Shown piece after piece: positions 44,695 to 51,318 of a stretch of 51,318 nt of DNA. Origin of the DNA: an uncultured Alphaproteobacteria bacterium (GTDB lineage Bacteria > Pseudomonadota > Alphaproteobacteria > Rs-D84); NCBI GenBank assembly GCA_944389645.1, contig CALXMZ010000013.1, positions 1-51,318 on the forward strand, read 5' to 3'. The number at the start of each line of letters is the position of its first letter. The stretch's first letter is position 1. Made by a program: the position numbers and the translations under genes. Below the pieces are notes generated by a model. The model was not told where the DNA came from. It searched no databases and was given only the letters and a program-made list of their open reading frames with translations.

Positions 44695-45228
44695 ATGAAA
44701 TTAAAATATATCGCTGCTTTTATAGTTGCTTTTATGGCTTTTGATACCAAAGCTAACGCAAACTTTATATTTGACCCGTATGTCGGTGCAACAGTCGGTT
44801 TCGGGGGACAAACAATTTTCGCAAATGATAATGATACTTCTAATACGGCTCAATCTTATGGGGCGGTAATCGGTTTAGATATACCCATTCTAAGAATAGA
44901 AGCTGAATACGATTATATAAATACTGAAATTACTTCATTAAACCTAGGAATTATAAACTTATACGCAAAAATTCCTTCATTAATCATTCAACCTTATATC
45001 GGTGTCGGAATCGGTGGAACTTTTGATAGCAAATACGATGAAGCAAAAGTAGATAATGGAGAAGCTTTCCAAGGTATGCTGGGCTTAACTTTTGACATAC
45101 CTGTTTTACCAATAAAAATTGACGCAGAAGCCAGAGCTTTATACATACCCAATTTTTATGACATAAATGATGTAAAAACTGATTTACTAAATTACGACCT
45201 AAGATTAAAATTACGTTACATATTTTAA
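44695..45228 (+). CDS. small 8-stranded-type outer membrane beta-barrel protein (OMP_b-brl / Omp25-opacity-like)
   Basis: An AAAGGAG SD precedes the ATG at 44695. The signal peptide ends ..DTKANA and the C-terminus is ..LKLRYIF. The 22-codon upstream extension in the track overlaps pth and is unlikely. Confidence 0.8.
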   Translation: MKLKYIAAFIVAFMAFDTKANANFIFDPYVGATVGFGGQTIFANDNDTSNTAQSYGAVIGLDIPILRIEAEYDYINTEITSLNLGIINLYAKIPSLIIQPYIGVGIGGTFDSKYDEAKVDNGEAFQGMLGLTFDIPVLPIKIDAEARALYIPNFYDINDVKTDLLNYDLRLKLRYIF

Positions 45229-45243
45229 ATTATAGGAACAACA

Positions 45244-48024
45244 ATGCTGACGTTAATAGACGGTAATTCTTTATTATTCAGAGCTTATTATGGCGTTCAT
45301 AGTCATTTGACGCGTTCTGACGGAACGCCTACTGGGGCGGTATATGGTTTTTTAAATATGATTTTACCGATATTAGCGTCTGCAAAACCAGATGACTCAT
45401 TCGTATGCGTTTTCGATGCTTCCAGAGTTTCTTTCAGACAAAATATATATTCAGATTATAAAGCTAATAGAAGTGAAACTCCGAAAGACTTAATAAAGCA
45501 ATCTTATATGGTTCGAACGGCTATAAGTTCAATGGGTATCCCTGTTTTATGTATTCCGGGGGTCGAAGCGGACGATGTAATTGCCACGCTTGCACGAGAA
45601 AACTGCACGAAAACCGACGCAACGCGTATAATTACAAGCGATAAAGACTTAATGCAACTTGTATCAGACTGCGTGTTTCTTTACGACGGTATGAAACAAA
45701 AAGAAATTAGATATGAACAGGTTGTTGAAAAATTCGGTGTCGATCCAGAACATGTAATAGACGTTCAAAGCTTAATGGGGGATTCTTCTGATAACGTACC
45801 AGGGGTACCTGGAATCGGTCCTAAAAAAGCCGCAGAACTTATAAATCAATTCGGCAGTCTAGACGATTTATACGATAACATTGATAATGTTAAGAACGAA
45901 AGAATAAGAAATTTACTTAAAGACAATAAAGAAAAAGCTTATATTTCACAGAAACTTGTAACACTAAAAAACGATGTAGATTTATCTGGTTTACAAATTT
46001 TACCATTTCGTTTTAACACGCCTGCGGCACTAGAATATGTAAAAACTGAACTGGAAAGTAATTCTCTTGTAGAAAAAATACAGAAACTATTTCCATTTGA
46101 TAAATTCAACCCTGAAGACATGCCACAGGCTTTTAATTACGGCAAATCCAAGTGCGAATTGCCGAAAGAAAATGATAACATTAATACTTCTAAAATTACC
46201 GTTAAAAAGCTGACATATGATACGATAAATACTTTATCTGAATTAGATGAATTTATCGCGAAAATAAAAAAAATCGTTGCAATTGATACGGAAACGACGG
46301 GTTTAAATTCTTTAAGTGACAAATTGGTTGGCATATCAATGGCGATTGACGATACACATGGTATATATATTCCAATTCGTCATATAAAATCTGAATCAGA
46401 CCTGTTTGAAGTAAAAACGATTGCACCTAACCAATTAGATATAAAAGATGTTTACGCTAAATTATGGCCGATATTTACAAACTCAGGAATCATAAAAATT
46501 GGTCATAATTTAAAATATGATTTGCACATTTTTGCAAATGAGGGTTGGGATATACAACAAATACAACCAATAGATGATACGATGTTATTATCTTATATTC
46601 TGCATGGTACGTTACATGGGCATGGGCTTGATGAGCTTGCAATAAAATATTTAGGGCATGAAAACATATCATATTCATCTTTATTTTCTCAGAAAACGCG
46701 CAATATGGACATGCGTTTTGACACATTAGATATAAATAAAGCGGCACCATATGCTGCAGAAGATGCAACAATTTGTTTCGCCTTATATAAACTGATGAGA
46801 CCAGAACTTGATAAAAACGAAAAATTAAGAAATCTTTATGAAAACTGTGATTTACCACTATTAAAAATCTTATTGAAAATGGAACGTGCGGGGGTACTTG
46901 TTAATAAAAACGGTTTACAGCAGCTATCAACCGTATTTCATGCTAAGCTAACAAATTTAGAAAAAGAAATCTGGGGTCTTGCAGGTCATGAATTTAATAT
47001 AGCTAGTCCTAAACAATTAAGCGTCATATTATTTGATGAATTAAACTTACCGTCCAATAAAAAACGTTCTACGGATGCGGATAGCCTAACAGAAATTACA
47101 GACATACATCCAATCATTGAAAAAATACTAGAATGGCGATCAATCGCAAAGCTAGCGGGAACTTACACAGACGCGTTGCCGCGTCAAATTGCTTCTGACG
47201 GAAGGATACACACAACTTATTTACAGACAAGTACAAATACTGGTCGACTATCAAGTCGTGATCCCAATTTACAAAACATACCGATAAAAACTGAATTAGG
47301 TGAAGAAATACGAAAATGTTTTATTGCCCCAAACGGTTATATGTTAATTTCTGCGGATTATTCTCAGATTCAGCTTAGATTACTTGCGGATGTAGCGGAC
47401 GTTCATACGTTCAAAGAAACGTTCAATTCCGGTAAAGACATTCATGAGCAAACAGCAAGAAAGATATTTAATATTCCTGTAGCGCAACCTGTACCGAAAG
47501 AACTACGTCGTGCGGCAAAAACGGTTAATTTTTCTATTATATATGGTATATCATCATTCGGACTATCTGGTCAGCTTGGTATATCACGAACAGAAGCACA
47601 GGAAATTATTAATACGTATATGTCCGGCATACCCGAGATAAAAGAATATATAGAAAAAGTAAAAAATTTCGCTTTAAAGAATGCATGCGTTTATACTCCA
47701 TGGGGTAGAAAAATAGAGATACCAGAAGCAAAAAATCCACGAACTAAGGGTTATGCAATGCGCGCCGCAATTAATGCACCTATTCAAGGATTCGAAGCAG
47801 ACCTTATGCGCAAAGCTATGATAAATATTGATAAAAAAATAATTCAACCAAATAAAGGTAAAATTCGCATGATCATGCAGGTACACGATGAAATTATCTT
47901 TGAATGCCAAGAAGATTTAGCAGAAAAATTTGCAAAAGACATTAAATTTGAAATGGAAAATATTGCTGAACTTTCTATTCCTCTTGCCGCAGATTATGTA
48001 ATAGGAAAATATTGGGGTAAATAA
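45244..48024 (+). CDS. polA: DNA polymerase I
   Basis: The 5' nuclease N-terminus reads LIDGNSLLFRAYY. A 3'-5' exonuclease region (..AIDTETTGL..) is present, with pol motifs A (DYSQIQLRLLA), B (RRAAKTVNFSIIYG) and C (QVHDEIIFE). Confidence 0.96.
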   Translation: MLTLIDGNSLLFRAYYGVHSHLTRSDGTPTGAVYGFLNMILPILASAKPDDSFVCVFDASRVSFRQNIYSDYKANRSETPKDLIKQSYMVRTAISSMGIPVLCIPGVEADDVIATLARENCTKTDATRIITSDKDLMQLVSDCVFLYDGMKQKEIRYEQVVEKFGVDPEHVIDVQSLMGDSSDNVPGVPGIGPKKAAELINQFGSLDDLYDNIDNVKNERIRNLLKDNKEKAYISQKLVTLKNDVDLSGLQILPFRFNTPAALEYVKTELESNSLVEKIQKLFPFDKFNPEDMPQAFNYGKSKCELPKENDNINTSKITVKKLTYDTINTLSELDEFIAKIKKIVAIDTETTGLNSLSDKLVGISMAIDDTHGIYIPIRHIKSESDLFEVKTIAPNQLDIKDVYAKLWPIFTNSGIIKIGHNLKYDLHIFANEGWDIQQIQPIDDTMLLSYILHGTLHGHGLDELAIKYLGHENISYSSLFSQKTRNMDMRFDTLDINKAAPYAAEDATICFALYKLMRPELDKNEKLRNLYENCDLPLLKILLKMERAGVLVNKNGLQQLSTVFHAKLTNLEKEIWGLAGHEFNIASPKQLSVILFDELNLPSNKKRSTDADSLTEITDIHPIIEKILEWRSIAKLAGTYTDALPRQIASDGRIHTTYLQTSTNTGRLSSRDPNLQNIPIKTELGEEIRKCFIAPNGYMLISADYSQIQLRLLADVADVHTFKETFNSGKDIHEQTARKIFNIPVAQPVPKELRRAAKTVNFSIIYGISSFGLSGQLGISRTEAQEIINTYMSGIPEIKEYIEKVKNFALKNACVYTPWGRKIEIPEAKNPRTKGYAMRAAINAPIQGFEADLMRKAMINIDKKIIQPNKGKIRMIMQVHDEIIFECQEDLAEKFAKDIKFEMENIAELSIPLAADYVIGKYWGK

Positions 48025-48048
48025 AAAAACCGCATTTTGCGGTTTTTA
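48023..48048. terminator. bidirectional terminator between polA and the DUF805 gene
   Basis: The sequence is aaaaaaaccgca-ttt-tgcggttttt. Confidence 0.65.
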
Positions 48049-48049
48049 T

Positions 48050-48598
48050 TTATTTTTTATATTTATTATATTTATGATATGGGTTACCAGATATTTTTGT
48101 AGGCAACGCACATAAAACCAAAAGCATTATCCCCAATAGATTGCTAACAATACGTAAATCTGCAAAAGATGATACCCCTAAAGAAAAAGAAAGAAGAACG
48201 TACAACCATGCGGGTTGTCCAAAATCATGAAATCTTCTTATCCCCATAGACAAAGTTGGTATAAACACAGCCAAACCATATAAAGCAAGCAAGCAAAGTA
48301 CAACCATAAAAAACGTAAGCACACTCTGGTCCTTAACTCCTATTGCCTGACAAAATAAAATTACAAATAAAGGCACAACTAATAATATGAGATTAAACAA
48401 AGTGGCCAACCAAAATTCTGACCTTGAAGAAGTTCCTTTCCAGTCTGAAAAACCCCGTTTCCAAAAAGCTTTATATGCTTGAAAAATATTTGTATATGTT
48501 TCACTTCGCTTTTCTTTAACCTGCTTTTTAATAGAACTTTTTGTCTTAAGAATATTTTCTTTCTGTAATTTGGTTTTATTATTTGTATTTTTATACAT
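48050..48598 (-). CDS. DUF805 (YhaH-like) inner membrane protein with Lys-rich N-terminal extension
   Basis: The protein reads ..FQAYKAFWKRGFSDWKGTSSRSEFWLATLFNLIL.. and has several TM helices. A perfect AAGGAG SD lies 6 nt before the second Met (48596-48598), so the track start at 48613 is probably too long. Confidence 0.75.
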   Translation of the reverse strand: MYKNTNNKTKLQKENILKTKSSIKKQVKEKRSETYTNIFQAYKAFWKRGFSDWKGTSSRSEFWLATLFNLILLVVPLFVILFCQAIGVKDQSVLTFFMVVLCLLALYGLAVFIPTLSMGIRRFHDFGQPAWLYVLLSFSLGVSSFADLRIVSNLLGIMLLVLCALPTKISGNPYHKYNKYKK

Positions 48599-48624
48599 TT
48601 TCAACTCCTTCATAAGAAGTATAT

Positions 48625-48655
48625 CAAAAAAATCCCTAAAAAGGGATTTTTTTTA
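48625..48655 (-). terminator. intrinsic terminator after rpsU
   Basis: On the minus strand the sequence reads aaaaaaaatccct-tttt-agggattttttt. Confidence 0.6.
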
Positions 48656-48661
48656 ATTTTT

Positions 48662-48868
48662 TTAGAAACCGAAAACCATTCTTTGTTTAGATTGACGTTT
48701 TTTCTCGTTACGAACGGCTTCTTCTTTCAAACGCTTGCGTTTTGTTGTTGGTTTTTCATAACGCTGACGTTCTTTCATTTCGCGGTACAACCCCTCTTTC
48801 TGAGATTTACGTTTTGCAACACGTAATGCTTGTTCTACGTTATTATCGCGAACCAGAACTTTTACCAT
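48662..48868 (-). CDS. rpsU: 30S ribosomal protein S21
   Basis: The protein begins [40 protein letters not shown].., which is close to alphaproteobacterial S21. Confidence 0.93.
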   Translation of the reverse strand: MVKVLVRDNNVEQALRVAKRKSQKEGLYREMKERQRYEKPTTKRKRLKEEAVRNEKKRQSKQRMVFGF

Positions 48869-48913
48869 AGGTTATTCACCCCCTTTTAACGCATTTATTT
48901 TCTTAATAAATTT

Positions 48914-48989
48914 TGGTGGAGCTGATCAGACTCGAACTGACGACCCCCTGCTTGCAAAGCAGGTGCTCTACCAACTGAGCTACAACCCC
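48914..48989 (-). tRNA. tRNA-Ala, anticodon UGC, CCA encoded
   Basis: The reverse complement is GGGGTTGTAGCTCAGTTGGTAGAGCACCTGCTTTGCAAGCAGGGGGTCGTCAGTTCGAGTCTGATCAGCTCCACCA. The G3:U70 identity pair is present. Confidence 0.95.
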
Positions 48990-49137
48990 AAAACTTTGCT
49001 TTCATTTGTTTTTTATACATAAAGCGTACGAATTTTATACATTTTTATTAAAGTTGTCAAATTAAAAATTAAATGGCAATATATTTTCAATCTTTTGCTG
49101 GACAGATCTTATCATAAAAAGTATAATACCAAGCATT

Positions 49138-50937
49138 ATGTTAAGAAAAATTTCAAAAAAAATAAAAAAACTCATAAAGGGCGATGAAACGAACGTCCGA
49201 ATAAAATGGTCTCTTTATAATCGCGTATGGCGCGAAATCGGTAAACCACAATGGAAATGGTTACTAGCGGGAATAATCGCAACGATCGGTGCCGCTGCCG
49301 CAGAAGCTTATACGATAACCCTTGTTCAGCAGGTTGTTGATAAAGCATTTATTCAGAAAAGTATGCATTACATATACTTTTTTGGTTTACAAATAATTGC
49401 TGCATTTGGGTTTAAAGGTATTTTCGGTTACGCAAAATCTCTAATAATGGCGAAAGCGGGACTTATAGCCAGTGCAAATTTACAGAAACGTATTTATAAC
49501 CATATGGTAAAAATGAATATCTCGAAATTCTATGGTGATGGTATCGGGAAAAATTTAAATTATTTTGGTGTACAAGCAGGGGCTGTTCTTAATTTAGTAA
49601 CAGGTACAATTATCAGTACGATTCAACAAATTGCTACATTAACTATGACTCTTGCATTAATGATATATTATGCTCCTCAAATGTGTGCGGTTTTGCTATT
49701 CTTAGTACCTGCAATACTAATTCCTATGGTTTTAATAATGAGGAAACGCCGCAAACTTTCTCGTGAATCATTCGGTATTGCGAATGACGTATCACAGCAC
49801 CTTAATCAGACATTACATGGTATAAAGACGATTCAGGCTTTTGCTACGGAGGACAAAGAAACAGAAAAATTTGCTCGTGTATTAGAATCTTCTATGATCA
49901 ACTCTTATAAAGGTACCCAAGCATTTGCTTTACAATCACCGTTATTAGAGCTTATGATATCCATAGGTTTATGCTTAGCCTTAATAATTGGTGGTCATTT
50001 TATAGTTACGGGCACGATTACGACCGGTGACTTTACAGCATTTTTGTTAGCATTAACAGCGGCATACAAACCTGCAAGAAGTATAACCAGTACTAATAAT
50101 ACCATACAGCACGGTTTACTTGCAGCGGAAATATTGTTTGATTTTCTTGATAGTGAACCAGATATTAAAGATTCCCCTAACGCAAAGGAATTACAAAGTG
50201 ATAAAATGTCGGTATCATTTAATCACGTATATTTTGAATACAATACAGATGAACCGATATTAAAAGATATAAATTTAACTGTACCATCTGGTAAAGTATG
50301 TGCACTTGTTGGTCCATCTGGTGGCGGTAAAACAACTATGTTTAATCTTATAGAACGTTTTTATGATCCACAGAAAGGTAAAATAGAAATAAACAAAACA
50401 GACATAAAAGAATTTACGTTATCTTCTTTAAGGAAAAATATTGCGGAAGTATCTCAGGACGTATTTTTATTTAATGGGACCATTGAAGAAAATATAAAAT
50501 ATGGTGCTCCGGATGCGACGCCTGAACAAGTTCAAGCAGCTGCGCGTGCTGCAAACGCACATGAGTTTATAATGAGCTTTCCAAAAAAATATAAATCAAA
50601 AGTTGGTGAAGGTGGTGCTTTATTATCCGGTGGACAGAAACAAAGAATTGCGATTGCTCGTGCAATATTAAAAAACGCACCTGTATTGCTATTAGACGAA
50701 GCAACTTCAGCATTAGATACACAAAGTGAAAAGTTAATTCAAATGGCGTTAAAAGACTTAATGAAAGGTCGAACGACTTTTGTTATAGCCCACAGATTAT
50801 CTACGATATTAGACGCAGATATAATATGCGTAATAAAAGACGGTCATATCGTTGAAAAAGGTACAGATTCAGAGCTTGTTGCTATGGATGGTGAATATAA
50901 AAAATTACGAGATATCCAATTTAAAAGTAAAAAATAA
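49138..50937 (+). CDS. ABC exporter, fused permease/ATPase (MsbA-like lipid or multidrug exporter)
   Basis: The N-terminal half has 6 TM helices. The motifs are Walker A GPSGGGKTT, signature LSGGQKQRIAIAR and Walker B LLLDEATSALD. Confidence 0.9.
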   Translation: MLRKISKKIKKLIKGDETNVRIKWSLYNRVWREIGKPQWKWLLAGIIATIGAAAAEAYTITLVQQVVDKAFIQKSMHYIYFFGLQIIAAFGFKGIFGYAKSLIMAKAGLIASANLQKRIYNHMVKMNISKFYGDGIGKNLNYFGVQAGAVLNLVTGTIISTIQQIATLTMTLALMIYYAPQMCAVLLFLVPAILIPMVLIMRKRRKLSRESFGIANDVSQHLNQTLHGIKTIQAFATEDKETEKFARVLESSMINSYKGTQAFALQSPLLELMISIGLCLALIIGGHFIVTGTITTGDFTAFLLALTAAYKPARSITSTNNTIQHGLLAAEILFDFLDSEPDIKDSPNAKELQSDKMSVSFNHVYFEYNTDEPILKDINLTVPSGKVCALVGPSGGGKTTMFNLIERFYDPQKGKIEINKTDIKEFTLSSLRKNIAEVSQDVFLFNGTIEENIKYGAPDATPEQVQAAARAANAHEFIMSFPKKYKSKVGEGGALLSGGQKQRIAIARAILKNAPVLLLDEATSALDTQSEKLIQMALKDLMKGRTTFVIAHRLSTILDADIICVIKDGHIVEKGTDSELVAMDGEYKKLRDIQFKSKK

Positions 50938-51112
50938 AAAATTATCTCAAATAATTATTGCCACATATTTTTATATTGATATAATATAAATTATATGTGA
51001 AGAAAAATTTTATACTAAAAAGAACGGGAAGGAATCCTAACCATCTTTGTATGTTGTTTTTCTACATATAACAAAAACAAAATATTTTTTGTTTTAAATG
51101 TTATATAACAAT

Positions 51113-51318
51113 ATGAAACGACTTATAAAGTTTTTTATTCTAATCATATCTATTTTTATAGGCATATACTGCCCTGAAAAAAATGTAGTTGCTGCACAGA
51201 TTGCTAATGTAGAATACGTTCATGCCGTAATTAAACAAAAGTGGAATATTAATATTCCTTATAATCCAGAACTTAAAAACCCAAGACTTGCAGCTAATAT
51301 GAAGTATCTTCTTACTAC
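51113..51318 (+). CDS. secreted hypothetical protein, N-terminal 68 codons (continues beyond window end)
   Basis: From the ATG at 51113, my translation MKRLIKFFILIISIFIGIYCPEKNVVAAQIANVEYVHAVIKQKWNINIPYNPELKNPRLAANMKYLLT stays open to the edge. The N-terminus is signal-peptide-like. Confidence 0.45.
   Translation, partial: MKRLIKFFILIISIFIGIYCPEKNVVAAQIANVEYVHAVIKQKWNINIPYNPELKNPRLAANMKYLLT

Overview
This is a visibly AT-rich chromosomal segment from a Gram-negative bacterium. The protein signatures fit best with a reduced, host- or gut-associated alphaproteobacterium: S21 starting [16 protein letters not shown], BamE ending NIGRF, CarD/CdnL, ctpA next to an EnvC-like LytM protein, and lptC-lptB. 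A 1168-aa pyruvate:ferredoxin oxidoreductase suggests an anaerobic lifestyle. Taxonomy is inference only. The backbone is housekeeping: metG (partial), a short PPase-like gene, rho, ssb, eno, lptC-lptB, carD, bamE, nifJ/PFOR, ctpA, envC-like, tyrS, tsf, rpsB, pth, polA, rpsU, an MsbA-like ABC exporter, and tRNA-Pro(UGG), tRNA-Leu and tRNA-Ala(UGC). Many lineage-specific envelope or secreted proteins sit between these genes: a 1675-aa autotransporter, an S8 subtilase autotransporter, an omptin-like barrel with a Q/N-rich extension, DUF3078-like and DUF2066-like proteins, an OmpA-family lipoprotein, five Cys-rich secreted proteins, two paralogous LRR proteins and a Fic protein with a degenerate active-site motif. 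I saw no CRISPR array, rRNA, or intact integrase or transposase. The best candidates for novelty are listed here. (1) An unplaced Cys-signature secreted protein family (332-aa and 1050-aa paralogues sharing C-x3-Y-x-E-C-M-x3-C-x9-C-x-C-S after an S/T/N/R-rich linker); the large member heads a tRNA-Leu-flanked accessory block that also encodes a protein with eukaryote-like Cys modules. (2) A spanin-like overlapped gene pair plus a frameshift-split gene directly behind the rho terminator. (3) A surface protease / outer-membrane cluster at 33.7-38.6 kb. (4) A tRNA-Leu whose anticodon reads AAG (A34). (5) A GC-enriched structured non-coding island next to tRNA-Pro that carries a duplicated tRNA 3' end, with a recombinase gene remnant nearby. 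All functional calls come from reading the translations by eye; no database search was run.
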